Shown piece after piece: positions 1 to 13,127 of a stretch of 64,000 nt of DNA (position 1 is the stretch's first letter; every line of letters begins with the position of its first letter). Under the pieces are notes generated by a model that saw nothing but the letters and a program-made list of their open reading frames with translations, made no database searches and was not told where the DNA came from. The position numbers were made by a program, and so were the translations under genes. Origin of the DNA: Octopus sinensis (taxonomy: Eukaryota); the NCBI RefSeq assembly GCF_006345805.1, contig NC_042997.1, forward strand, positions 208,196,001 through 208,260,000, given 5' to 3'.

Positions 1-3000
1 CAAAGTTTGGCACAAAACCAGCAATTTCAAGGGAGTGGCTGAGTCAATTACTTCAACCCCAGTGCTCAACTGCTACTTATTTTATTGACCATAAACATCT
101 CTGGAATTTTGGTTTCAAATTTTGGCACAAAACCAGCAATTTCAAGAGAGTGGCTGAGTCAATTACATCAACCCCAGTGCTCAACTGGTACTTATTTTAT
201 TCACCATAAACTTCACTGGAATTTTGGTTTCAAATTTTGGCACAAGACCAGCAATTTCAAGAGAGTGGCAAAGTCAATTACATCAACCCCAGTGCTCAAC
301 TGGTACTTATTTTATTGACCATAAACATCTCTGGAATTTTGGTTTCAAATTTTGGCACAAAACCAGCAATTTCATGAGAGTGGCTGAGTCAATTACATCA
401 ACCCCAGTGCTCAACTGGTACTTATTTTATTCACCATAAACTTGACTGGAATTTTGGTTTCAAATTTTGGCACAAGACCAGCAATTTCAAGAGAGTGGCA
501 CAGTCAATTACATCAACCCCAGTGCTCAACTGGTACTTATTTTATTGACCATAAACATCTCTGGAATTTTGGTTTCAAATTTTGGCACAAAACCAACAAT
601 TTCAAGAGAGTGGCTGAGTCAATTACTTCAACCCCAGTGCTCAACTGCTACTTATTTTATTGACCATAAACATCTCTGGAATTTTAGTTTCAAAGTTTGG
701 CACAAAACCAGCAATTTCAAGAGAGTGGCTGAGTCAATTACTTCAACCCCAGTGCTCAACTGCTACTTATTTTATTGACCATAAACATCTCTGGAATTTT
801 GGTTTCAAATTTTGGCACATGGCCAGCAATTTCAGGAGAGGGGCAAAGTCAATTAGATCAACCCCAGTGATCAAGTGGTACTTATTTTATTGACCATTAA
901 CATCACTGGAATTTTGCTTTCAAATTTTGGCACAAGGCCAGTAATTTAAGTAGAGTGGCTACGTCAATTACATCAAACCCAGAGCTCAACTAGTACTTAT
1001 TTTATTGACCATAAACATCACTGAGATTTTGGTTTCAAATTTTGGCACAAGGACAGCAATTTCAAGAGAGTGTCCAAGTCAATTACATAAACCCCAGTGC
1101 TCAACTGGTACTTATTTTATTGACCATAAACATCACTGGAATTTTGGTTTCAAAGTTTGACACAAAACCAGCAATATCAAGAGAGTGGCTGAGTCAATTA
1201 CTTCAACCCCAGTGCTCAACTGGTACTTATTTTATTGACCATAAACATCACTGGAATTTTGGTTTCAAAGTTTGGCACAAAACCAGCAATTTCAAGAGAG
1301 TGGCTGAGTCAATTACATCAACCCCAGTGCTCAGCTGGTACTTATATTATTGACCATAAACATCACTGGAATTTTGGTTTCAAAGTTTGGCACAAAACCA
1401 GCAATTTCAAGAGAGTGGCAAAGTCAATTCCTTCAACCCCAGTGCACAACTGGTACTTATTTTATTGACCATAAACATCACTGGAATTTTGGTTTCAAAT
1501 TTTGGCACAAAACCAGCAATTTCAAGAGAGTGACTGAGTCAATTACTTCAACACCAGTGCTCAACTGGTACTTATTTTATTGACCATAAACATCTCTGGA
1601 ATTTTGGTTTCATATTTTGGCACAAGGCCAGCAATTTCAGGAGAGTGACTAAGTCAATTACATCAACCCCAGTGCTCAACTGGTACTTATTTTATTGACC
1701 ATAAACATAACTGGAATTTTGCTTGCAAATTTTGGTACAAGGCCAGCAATTTCAGGAGACTGTCTAAGTCAATTACATAAAACCCAGTGCTCAACTGGTA
1801 CTTATTTTATTGACCATAAACTTCTCTGGAATTTTGGTTTCAAATTTTGGCACAAGGCCAGCAATTTCAGGAGAGTCACTAAGTCAATTACATCAACCCC
1901 AGTGATCAACCGGTACTTATTTTATTGACCATAAACATCACTGGAATTTTGGTTTCAAATTTTGGCACAAAACCAGCAATTTCATTAGAGTGGCTAAGTC
2001 AATTACATCAACCCCAGTGCTCAACTGGTACTTATTTTACTCACCATAAACTTCACTGGAATTTTGGTTTCAAATTTTGGCACAAGAACTGCAATTTCAG
2101 GAGAGTGGCAAAGTCAATTAGATCAACCCCAGTGCTCAACTGGTACTTATTTTATTGACCATAAACATCACTGGAATTTTGCTTTCAAATTTTGGCACAA
2201 GGCCAGTAATTTAAGTAGAGTGGCTACGTCAATTACACCAACCCCAGTGCTCAACTAGTACTTATTTTATTGACCATAAACTCACTGAATTTTGGTTTCA
2301 AAGTTTGGCACAAAACCAGCAATTTCAAGAGAGTGGCTGAGTCAATTACTTCAACCCCAGTGCTCAACTGGTACTTATTTTATTGACCATAGACATCACT
2401 GGAATTTTGGTTTCAAAGTTTGGCACAAAACCAGAAATTTCAAGAGAGTGGCAAACTCAATTCCTTCAACCCCAGTGCACAACTGGTACTTATTTTATTG
2501 ACCAGAAACATTACTGGAATTTTGGTTTCAAAGTTTGGCACAAAACCAGCAAGTTCAAGAGAGTGGCTGAGTCAATTACTTCAACCCCAGTGCTCAACTG
2601 CTACTTATTTTATTGACCATAAACATCACTGGAATTTTGGTTTCAAAGTTTGGCACAAAACCAGCAATTTCAAGGGAGTGGCTGAGTCAATTACTTCAAC
2701 CCCAGTGCTCAACTGCTACTTATTTTATTGACCATAAATATCTCTGGATTTTTGGTTTCAAATTTTGGCACAAGACCAGCAATTTCAAGGGAGTGGCAAA
2801 GTCAATTACATCAACCCCAGTGCTCAACTGGTACTTATTTTATTGACCATAAACCTCTCTGGAATTTTGGTTTCAAATTTTGGCACAAAACCAGCAATTT
2901 CATGAGAGTGGCTGAGACAATTACATCAAACCCAGTGCTCAACTGTTACTTATTTTATTCACCATAAACTTCAATGGAATTTTGGTTTCAAATTTTGGCA

Positions 3001-6000
3001 CAAGACCAGCAATTTCAAGAGAGTGGCACAGTCAATTACATCAACCCCAGTGCTCAACTGGTACTTATTTTATTGACCATAAACATCTCTGGAATTTTGG
3101 TTTCAAATTTTGGCACAAAACCAGCAATTTCAAGAGAGTGGCTAAGTCAATTACTTCAACCCCAGTGCTCAACTGCTACTTATTTTATTGACCATAAACA
3201 TCTCTGGAATTTTGGTTTCAAAGTTTGGCACAAAACCAGCAAGTTCAAGAGAGTGGCTGAGTCAATTACTTCAAATCCAGTGCTCAACTGCTACTTATTT
3301 TATTGACCATAAACATCACTGGAATTTTGGTTTCAAAGTTTGGCACAAAACCAGCAATTTCAAGGGAGTGGCTGAGTCAATTACTTCAACCCCAGTGCTC
3401 AACTGCTACTTATTTTATTGACCATAAACATCTCTGGATTTTTGGTTTCAAATTTTGGCACAAGACCAGCAATTTCAAGAGAGTGGCAAAGTCAATTACA
3501 TTAACCCCAGTGCTCAACTGGTACTTATTTTATTGACCATAAACCTCTCTGGAATTTTTGTTTCAAATTTTGGCACAAAACCAGCAATTTCATGAGAGTG
3601 GCTGAGTCAATTACATCAACCCCAGTGCTCAACTGGTACGTATTTTATTGACCATAAACTTCACTGGAATTTTGGTTTCAAATTTTGGCACAAGACCAGC
3701 AATTTCAAGAGAGTGGCACAGTCAATTACATCAACCCCAGTGCTCAACTGGTACTTATTTTATTGACCATAACATCTCTGGATTTTTGGTTTAAAATTTT
3801 GGCACAAAACCAGCAATTTCAAGAGAGTGGCTATGTCAATTACTTCAACCCCAGTGCTCAACTGCTACTTATTTTATGACCATAAACATCTCTGGAATTT
3901 TGGTTTCAAAGTTTGGCACAAAACCAGCAATTTCAGAGAGTGGTGCTGAGTCAATTACTTCAACCCCAGTTCTCAACTGCTACTTATTTTATTGACCATA
4001 AACATCTCTGGATTTTTGGTTTCAAAGTTTGGCACAAAACCAGCAATTTCAATGAGAGTGGCTGAGTCAATTACATCAACCCCAGTGCTCAGCTGGTACT
4101 ATTTTATTGACCATAAACATCACTGGAATTTTGGTTTCAAAGTTTGGCACAAAACCAGCAATTCATGAGGTGGCTGAGTCAATTACATCAACCCCAGTGC
4201 TCAACTGGTACTTATTTTATTCACCATAAACTTCACTGGAATTTGGTTTCAAATTTTGGCACAAGACCAGCAATTTCAAGAGAGTGGCAAAGTCAATTAC
4301 ATCAACCCCAGTGCTCAACTGGTACTTATTTTATTGACCATAAACATAACGGGAATTTTGCTTTCAAATTTTGGTACATGGCCAGCAATTTCAGGAGAGT
4401 GGCAAAGTCATTAGATCAACCCCAGTGATCAAGGGTACTTATTTTATTGACCATAAACATCACTGGAATTTACTTTCAAATTTTGGCACAAGGCCAGCAA
4501 TTTAATTAGAGGGCTACGTCAATTACATCAAACCCAGAGCTCAACTAGTACTTATTTTATTGACCATAAACATCACTGAGATTTTGGTTTCAAATTTTGG
4601 CACAAGGACAGCAATTTCAAGAGAGTGTCCAAGTTAATTACATAACCCCAGTGTGCTCAACTGGTACTTATTTTATTGACCATAAACATCACTGGAATTT
4701 TGGTTTCAAAGTTTGGCACAAAAGCAATTTCAAGAGAGTGGCTGAGTCAATTACATCAACCCCAGTGCTCAGCTGGTACTATTTTATTGACCATAAACAT
4801 CACTGGAATTTTGGTTTCAAAGTTTGGCACAAAACCAGCAATTTCAAGAGAGTGGCAAAGTCAATTCCTTCAACCCCAGTGCACAACTGGTACTTATTTT
4901 ATTGACCATAAACATCACTGGAATTTTGGTTTCAAATTTTGGCACAAAACCAGCAATTTCAAGAGAGTGACTGAGTCAATTACTTCAACACCAGTGCTCA
5001 ACTGGTACTTATTTTATTGACCATAAACATCTCTGGAATTTTGGTTTCAAATTTTGGCACAAGGCCAGCAATTTCAGGAGAGTGACTAAGTCAATTACAT
5101 CAACCCCAGTGCTCAACTGGTACTTATTTTATTGACCATAAACATAACTGGAATTTTGCTTGCAAATTTTGGTACAAGGCCAGCAATTTCAGGAGACTGT
5201 CTAAGTCAATTACATAAAACCCCAGTGCTCAACTGGTACTTATTTTATTGACCATAAACATCTCTGGAATTTGGTTTCAAATTTTGGCACAAGGCCAGCA
5301 ATTGCAGGAGAGTGACTAAGTCAATTACATCAACCCCAGTGATCAACCGGTACTTATTTTTTGACCATAACCATCACTGGAATTTTGGTTTCAAATTTTT
5401 GCACAAAAAACAGCAATTCATGAGTGTGGCTGAGTCAATTACATCAACCCCAGTGCTCAATGGTACTTTTTTTACTCACCATAAACTTCACTGGAATTTT
5501 GGTTTCAAATTTGGCACAGAACTGCAATTTCAGGAGAGTGGCAAAGTCAATTAGATCAACCCCAGTGCTCAATGGTACTTATTTTATTGACATAAACATC
5601 ACTGGAATTTTGCTTTCAAATTTTGGCACAAGGCCAGTAATTTAAGTAGAGTGGCTACGTCAATTACATCAACCCCAGAGCTCGACTAGTACTTATTTTA
5701 TTGACCATAACGTCACTGAGATTTTGGTTTCAAAGTTTGGCACAAAACCAGCAATTTCAAGAGAGTGGCTGAGTCAATTACATCAACCCCAGTGCTCAGC
5801 TGGTACTTATTTTATTGACCATAAACATCACGGGAATTTTGGTTTCAAAGTTTGGCACAAAACCAGCAATTTCAAGAGAGTGGCTGAGTCAATTACTTCA
5901 ACCCCAGTGCTCAACTGGTACTTATTTTATTGACCATAAACATCACTGGAATTTTGGTTTCAAAGTTTGGCACAAAACCAGCAATTTCAAGAGAGTGGCA

Positions 6001-9000
6001 AACTCAATTCCTTCAACCCCAGTGCACAACTGGTACTTATTTTATTGACCAGAAACATTACTGGAATTTTGGTTTCAAAGTTTGGCACAAAACCAGCAAT
6101 TTCAAGAGAGTGGCTGAGTCAATTACTTCAACACCAGTGCTCAACTGGTACTTATTTTATTGACCATAAACATCTCTGGAATTTTGGTTTCAAATTTTGG
6201 CACAAGGCCAGCAATTTCAGGAGAGTGACTAAGTCAATTACATGAACCCCAGTGATCAACTGGTACTTATTTTATTGACCATAAACCTCACTGGAATTTT
6301 GGTTTCAAAGTTTGGCACAAAATCAGCAATTTCAAGAGAGTGGCAAAGTCAATTCCTTCAACCCCAGTGCACAACTGGTACTTATTTTATCGACCATAAA
6401 CATCACTGGAATTTTGACTCCAAATTTTGGCACAAGGCCAGCAATTTCAGGAGAGTGTCCAAGTCATTCACATTAACCCCAGTGCTCAAGTGGTACCTAT
6501 TTTATTGACCATAAACATCACTGGAATTTTGCTTTCAAATTTTAGCACAAGGCCAGGAATTTCAGGACATTGGCTAAGTCAATTACATCAACCCCAGTGC
6601 TCAAGTGGTACTTATTTTATTGACCATAAACATCACTGGAATTTTGGTTTCAAATTTTGGCACAAGGGCAGCAATTTCAGGAGAGTGTTCAAGTCAATTA
6701 CATCAACCCCAGTGCTCAACTGGTACCTATTTTATTGACCATAAACATCTCTGGAACTTTGCTTTCAAATTTTGGCACAAGGCCAGGAATGTCAGGAGAG
6801 TGGCAAAGTCAATTACATCAACCCCAGTGCTCAACTGGTACTTATTTTATTGACCATAAACATAACTGGAATTTTGCTTTCAAATTTTGGTACAAGGCCA
6901 GCAATTTCAGGAGAGTGGCAAAGTCAATTAGATCAACCCCAGTGCTCTACTGGTACTTATTTTATTGACCATAAACATCACTGGAATTTTGCTTTCAAAT
7001 TTTGGCACAAGGCCAGTAATTTAAGTAGAGTGGCTAAGTCAATTACATCAACCCCAGAGCTCAACTAGTACTTATTTTATTGACCATAAACATCACTGAG
7101 ATTTTGGTTTCAAATTTTGGCACAAGGCCAGCAATTTCAGGAGAGTGTCTAAGTCAATTACATAAACCCCAGTGCTCAACTGGTACTTATTTTATTGACC
7201 ATAAACATCACTGGAATTTTGGTTTCAAAGTTTGGCTCAAAACCAGCAATTTCAAGAGAGTGGCTGAGTCAATTACTTCAACCCCAGTGCTCAACTGGTA
7301 CTTATTTTATTGACCATAAACATCTCTGGAATTTTGGTTTCAAATTTTGGCACAAGGCCAGCAATTTCAGGAGAGTGTCCAAGTCAATTACATTAACCCC
7401 AGTGCTCAAGTGGTACTTATTTTATTGACCATAAACATCACTGGAATTTTGGTTTCAAAGTTTGGCACAAGGCCAGCAATTTCAGGAGAGTGACTAAGTC
7501 AATTACATGAACCCCAGTGATCAACTGGTACTTATTTTATTGACCATAAACCTCACTGGAATTTTGGTTTCAAAGTTTGGCACAAAACCAGCAAGTTCAA
7601 GAGAGTGGCAAAGTCAATTCTTTCAACCCCAGTGCACAACTGGTACTTATTTTATTGACCATAAACATCACTGGAATTTTGCTTTCAAATTTTGGCACAA
7701 GGCCAGCAATTTCAGGAGAGTGTCCAAGTCAATTACATTAACCCCAGTGCTCAAGTGGTACTTATTTTATTGACCATAAACATCACTGGAATTTTGGTTT
7801 GAAATTTTGGCACAAGGGCAGCAATTTCAGGAGAGTGTCTAAGTCAATTACATCAACCCCAGTGCACCACTGGTACTTTTTTTATTGACCATAAACATCA
7901 CTGGCATTTTGCTTTCAAATTTTGGCAAAAGGCCAGCAATTTCAGGAGAGTGTACAAGTCAATTACATCAACCCCAGTGCTCAACTGGTACTTATTTTAT
8001 TGACCATAAACATCTCTGGAATTTTGGTTTCAAATTTTGGCACAAAACCAGCAATTTCAAGAGAGTGGCTGAGTCAATTACATCAACCCCAGTGCTCAGC
8101 TGGTACTTATTTTACTGACCATAAACATCACTGGAATTTTGGTTTCAAAGTTTTGCACAAAACCAGCAATTTCAGGACATTGGCTAAGTCAATTACATCA
8201 ACCCCAGTGCTCAACTGGTACTTATTTTATTGACCATAAACATCACTGGAATTTTGGTTTCAAAGTTTGGCACAAAACCAGCAATTTCAAGAGAGTGGCT
8301 GAGTCAATTACTTCAACCCCAGTGCTCAACTGCTACTTATTTTATTGACCATAAACATCACTGGAATTTTGCTCCCATATTTTGGCACAAGGCCAGCAAT
8401 TTCAGGAGAGTGTCCAAGTCAATTACATTAACCCCAGTGCTCAACTGGTACCTATTTTATTGACCATAAACATCACTGGAATTTGGGTTTCAAATTTTGG
8501 CACAAAACCAGAAATTTCATGGGAGTGGCTAAGTCAATTACTTCAACCCCAGTGCTCAACTGGTACTTATTTTATTGACCATAAACATCACTGGAATTTT
8601 GGTTTCAAATTTTGGCACAAGGCCAGCAATTTCAGGAGAGTGTCCAAGTCAATTACATTAACCCCAGTGCTCAAATGGTACCTATTTTATTGACCATAAA
8701 CATCACTGGAATTTTGGTTTCAAATTTTGGCACAAAACCAGCAATTTCAAGAGAGTGTCCAAGTCAATTACTTCAACCCCAGTGCTCAACTGGTACTTAT
8801 TTTATTGACCATAAACATCACTGGAATTTTGGTTTCAAATTTTGGCACAAGGCCAGCAATTTCAGGAGAATAGCTAAGTCAATTACATCAACCCCAGTGC
8901 TCAACTGGTACTTATTTTATTGACCATAAACATCTCTGGAATTTTGTTTTCAAAATTTGGCACAAGGCCAGCAATTTCAGGAGAGTGGCTAAGTCAATTA

Positions 9001-9733
9001 CATCAACCCCAGTGCTCAACTGGTACTTATTTTATTGACCATAAACATCACTGGAATTTTGCTTTCAAATTTTGGCACAAGGCCAGCAATTTCAGGAGAA
9101 TGGCTAAGTCAATTACATCAAACCCAGTGCTCAACTGGTACTTATTTTATTCACCATAAACATCACTGGAATTTTCCTTTCAAATTTTGGCACAAGGCCA
9201 GTAATTTAAGTAGAGTGGCTAAGTCAATTACATCAACCCCAGTGCTCAACTGGTACTTATTTTATTGACCATAAACATCACTGAGATTTTGGTTTCAAAT
9301 TTTGGCACAAGGCCAGCAATTTCAGGAGAGTGTCTAAGTCAATTACATCAACCCCAGTGCACAACTGGTACTTATTTTATTGACCACAAACATCACTAAA
9401 ATTTCGCTTTCAAATTTTGGCACAAGGCCAGCAATTTCAGGAGAGTGTCTCTGTCAATTACATCAACCCCAGTGCTCAACTGGTACTTATTTTATTGACC
9501 ATAAACATCACTGGAATTTTGGTTTCAAATTTTGGCACAAGGCCTGCAATTTCAGGAGAGTGGCTAAGTCAATTACATCAACCCCAGTGCTCAACTGGTA
9601 CTTATTTTATTGACCATAAACATCACTGGAATTTTGGTTTCAAATTTTGGCACAAGGCCTGCAATTTTGAAACAGTGTCTAAGTCAAGTAGATTGACTCC
9701 AGTGCTCAACTGGTACTTATTTTATTGACCATA
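1..9733. repeat. 115-bp tandem satellite, about 84-85 monomers, running off the left edge; monomer derived from a SINE 3' half (SINE sense is the minus strand)
   Basis: Monomer about ttattgaccataaacatcactggaattttggtttcaaattttggcacaaggccagcaatttcaggagagtggctaagtcaattacatcaaccccagtgctcaactggtacttatt repeats every 115 nt. The many 77-aa and 103-aa ORFs are artefacts of this period. Confidence 0.97.
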
Positions 9734-9802
9734 ATTAAAAGAATGATAATAATTGATTCTGAAAGGTAGACGAGACAAAGATGGGAGAAAAAAATTACTT
9801 AC

Positions 9803-10036
9803 CACACGGCTCTTTAAAACTTATAATGTAAGTATCAGAGGTTTGTTGTTGAAATGAAGAAATTTCTCCAGCAGAACTTTTTTTTCTGTTTCCAAAATAA
9901 CTTTGAAGTCTCTCAGAGCTGACATTTGAAGAAACGTTTTTCACTTGAACACTGTTTATTTCCTTAATTCTATCCACTTTCAGTTGATTTCCTTTTAAGG
10001 GGTTGTTTTGGCACAGCTTCTGAACATTCTCAAAAT
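9803..10036 (-). CDS. Internal coding exon (234 nt, phase 1-1) of a PARP14/PARP10/NMI-like RRM-repeat protein gene
   Basis: Acceptor TTTATTGCAG| at 10037 and donor G|GTAAGT at 9802. Peptide DFENVQKLCQNNPLKGNQLKVDRIKEINSVQVKNVSSNVSSERLQSYFGNRKKSSAGEISSF resembles the V.N......E.L.LYFEN.RRSGGGEI RRM motif of PARP14-type proteins. Confidence 0.8.
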
Positions 10037-10546
10037 CTGCAATAAATACAGTGAATGGAAATAAATAACAGATTAATTTCAACTCTTAAATGACTTTAGA
10101 CGAACAAATTTAAAAATATGGAAAAAAAAAAAAACTTTGAATGTGTGCTGATGAGGTTTAATAAAGCTGAAATGGAACCATCAACAGATATTCTGGTAAT
10201 AATAAACTCTCCTATGATAAAACATGGTTACTCTTCTCGTTATTTATATTCTACCGAAAGAAGACAAAAACTTTCTGACTCAAAAACTAAGTGAAAATAA
10301 AAGAGACGTGATACTCTCCCCTGAAGTACATAGATTTTCCCTTCCTCTCTCTCTCTTTCACTGCTATAATAGCAAGTCCAGCAAGCAACAAACACATGGA
10401 GATAGATTAAATTTTGGTAAAAGAATCAAACTGAAGTCAATTTACTGACGTTTTAACACATTTTACTTTTAAATGATTTTGAGAATTCTTCAAATATGGA
10501 GATTTTAGCATTAAAATGCAGTTCCAATTATTTAACAACTCCATAT

Positions 10547-10983
10547 AGGCACAGGTGTGGCTGTGTGGTAAGATGGTTGCTTCCCAGCCATATGGTTCTG
10601 GGTTCAGTCCCACTGTGTAGCACTTGGAACAAATGTATTCTAATATAGCCTTGGGTTGACCAAAGCCTTATGAGTGGATTTGGTAGATGAAGACTAAAAG
10701 AAGCCATCTGTCTGTCTGTTAGTGTCTCCGTGCTTGTTGTAAATGAGTGTCCCTGTCATACAAGCAGTGTCCTTCATTTCCAATCTTCCTTAAAACATGT
10801 CTGGTGACTGGGAAACATTACCTTACTTGGAAATAGGTGAAGGTTGGCAACATGAAGGGCATCCACATGGTTCCAGGTTCAGTCCCACAGCATGGCATCT
10901 TGGGCAAGTGTCTCCTACTATAGCCTCAGGCCAACCAAAGCCTTGTGAGTGGATCTGGTAGGCAGGAAATGAAAGAAACCCGT

Positions 10984-10985
<2 letters not shown>
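10547..10985 (+). mobile_element. Two decayed tRNA-derived CORE-like SINE copies, the first with an RTE-like tail
   Basis: Head aggcacaggtgtggctgtgtggtaag, B-box-like ggttcagtccc and CORE-like gcac(c)ttgggcaagtg. Every consensus CpG in the first copy has become TG or CA. Tail gttggcaacatgaagggcatcca. Confidence 0.8.
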
Positions 10986-11019
<34 letters not shown>

Positions 11020-11022
<3 letters not shown>

Positions 11023-11330
11023 TTATATATATAAAACTGAGAATGTGTGTCTGTCTGTTTGTCTATCTGTGTGTTTCCCTAAAACTTGAGAACTACACAA
11101 CCAATTTCATTCAAATTTTACACATGCCTTACTTAGGGTCCATGTAGTTTCATGGGCAAAAAAAATTGTTCAACTTCTTGCCTAGAGCGAGCCCATTGCA
11201 ATATCATATCTTCTCTACTATTTCAGTATTACGTGTTAAAAGTGAAACAAAAATATTTCTTTATTTTATGTCAGATGCTTTCACTTTAACAATAAAAATA
11301 ATAATAACAATTGAATAATATGTAGTAAGT
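11020..11330 (-). mobile_element. Helentron/DINE-1-like non-autonomous element fragment
   Basis: Terminus atctttatatatataaaa followed by a (tgtc)n tract and accaatttcattcaaattt. Same architecture as 48767-49161. The right boundary is approximate. Confidence 0.5.
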
Positions 11331-11469
11331 AATATTTAAAATCAAACTAAAGTATAATATAATCGTAATATAACAAAATAGCAATTGGTATAAAATTGCA
11401 TCAATGACTTGAACTTGAATTAATTAAAAATAAAATTAGCGTGCAGAAATGGAATAGTCCAGATGGATA

Positions 11470-11541
11470 ATAAGAAATTAAATTAAAGAAAAGACTATTG
11501 TCTATAAAGTATACAATGTAGAGAAAAAAGAAGATTTGAAC
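11470..11541 (+). pseudogene. Left piece of an older Tx1-family ORF1 that served as the insertion target
   Basis: Translates as RN*IKEKTIVYKVYNVEKK, which aligns with HDEIEKKRIIYKTFNTTTK of the young ORF1. Confidence 0.6.
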
Positions 11542-11765
11542 ACATGGCGGAAAGCTATTTGCGTTTATTGTAAGTTAATATATTTTTGCCGTCGTATTAT
11601 TATCTCTGTTATTCTCTACTGTTTGTCTACCTGTTTTGTATATTGCTGTCTAACTGTCAAAGTCAGCCCTCGTGCGAGGACTTCGCGTTGGTGTTCCCCC
11701 CTCCGTGGGGGAAAAATATCATTTATCTTGAATTTACCAAGGGCTTGTTAAGCCAACTGTTCGAG

Positions 11766-13118
11766 ATGGAATCCCCCATCTCTTATTCTCCCGTGACGAG
11801 TGAAGAGGAGTCTCCGGCGATGTCGCCAAGGAAAAAAGAGGCGGTGTCGCCAAAGAAAAAAGAGGCTATGTCGCCAAAGAAAAAGGAAAACCAAGCACCA
11901 GCTCCAGCAAAAAAATTCTCTGAAGTGGCCGGAAAAAAGATCAAAAAAATAAATGTGGAAGATTTGAAAAAATATGCGGACTGTGTCACAAAAGAGGGCA
12001 CGGAAGTGACAGTGGTCACAAACGTCCAAAAACACGATGAAATAGAAAAAAAAAGAATAATCTATAAGACATTTAACACGACGACAAAAATGATACAAAA
12101 AATTGAAGAAAAAAAAATAGAGAATTGTCTAAAACCATTAATGGACAAGATAACTTAGATTAACAGAGGAAAGAGATACGGCACAGTGGAGGTGCATTTT
12201 ACTACAGAGGAGATAGCAAAAAAACTATCTATGGAGCCGATTAAAGCGGAGAACATTGTTCTCCTCCCCTTGTATAGAGGGAAAAGAACATCGAGAATCA
12301 CGATGAACAACATTCCCCCAGAGGCAGATGCCAAATGTCTGGTGGCAGCAGTGATGGTAGGCCTGGAGGAAAAAATAAACATCCTCCAGGCCACAGTGGA
12401 GGAAGAGGAATTTTGGAAAGGGCAGAAAATAGTAATAGCCATTCAGGCGGAAGTTCAAACACTGGAGGAGATTCCAGAAACTTTAAAAATAAGTGAAGAA
12501 GAGAGAATAACAGTTTTCGTGGAGGGCAGAAAGCCGAGGTGCTTCGGCTGCGGCAAGAAGGGTCATGTAAGGGCGGAATGCCAACCCCAACCCAAACCGC
12601 AGGAAGCACCTCAGCCAGGTGGAAAAGAAGATAAAGTGTCACCAGAAGCAGCGCCGGGCGGCCCAGAAGGGACGACTGAAGGTGTGGAGGTGACGGAGAC
12701 AGCAGAACCAGCGGCGGAGGAAAATAAGAGCGAGGAAAAGAAAAATGAGGAGGGGTGGGCAAAAATCACCAGAAAAAAAAGAAAAACGGAAACCACCCCT
12801 CCCAGAGTGAACTTAAAAAAGAAAAGAGAGTCGATGACCTCATATATGGCCGTGAAGGCATCAAACAACAGACTCGGGAACGTATTGGCAGCTATGGCCA
12901 AAGTGGAGAGAATAGGGAAAAAGAACAACTATGTAGTTTACAGAATAGGCCGGAAGGATTACGGGCGGATAAAGTCCGAATTCTTCCATGACGTAGGCCC
13001 ACTTAGAATGGATGTGACATCTCCACATATATTCGAGGGCCTACGTCAGACTCCCCCACGAGGCCCTGAAAAAGAGTTAAACAAAGAAGAAAAAGAGAAA
13101 ACCGAACCACTGATATAA
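11766..13118 (+). pseudogene. Tx1 ORF1 (gag-like, CX2CX4HX4C zinc knuckle), 450 codons, interrupted by one in-frame TAG at 12156-12158
   Basis: Track ORFs 11586-12158 and 12186-13118 are in the same frame and read …LMDKIT*INRGKRYGTVEVHF…. The knuckle is CFGCGKKGHVRAEC. The likely start is ATG 11766 (MESPISYSP). Confidence 0.85.
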
Positions 13119-13127
13119 AGGTAAGTA

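Noticed and set aside
85-9728. Dozens of 64-114 aa ORFs (MTINITGILVS…, MAQ…)
   Set aside because: They arise from the 115-bp period, which is not a multiple of 3, so frames rotate and stop. No coding signature.
1-9733. CRISPR-like regular array
   Set aside because: There are no unique spacers; the whole monomer repeats, and the context is eukaryotic.
11586-11765. N-terminal extension of ORF1 from a TTG start
   Set aside because: Low-complexity 5' UTR translation; ATG 11766 is the plausible start.
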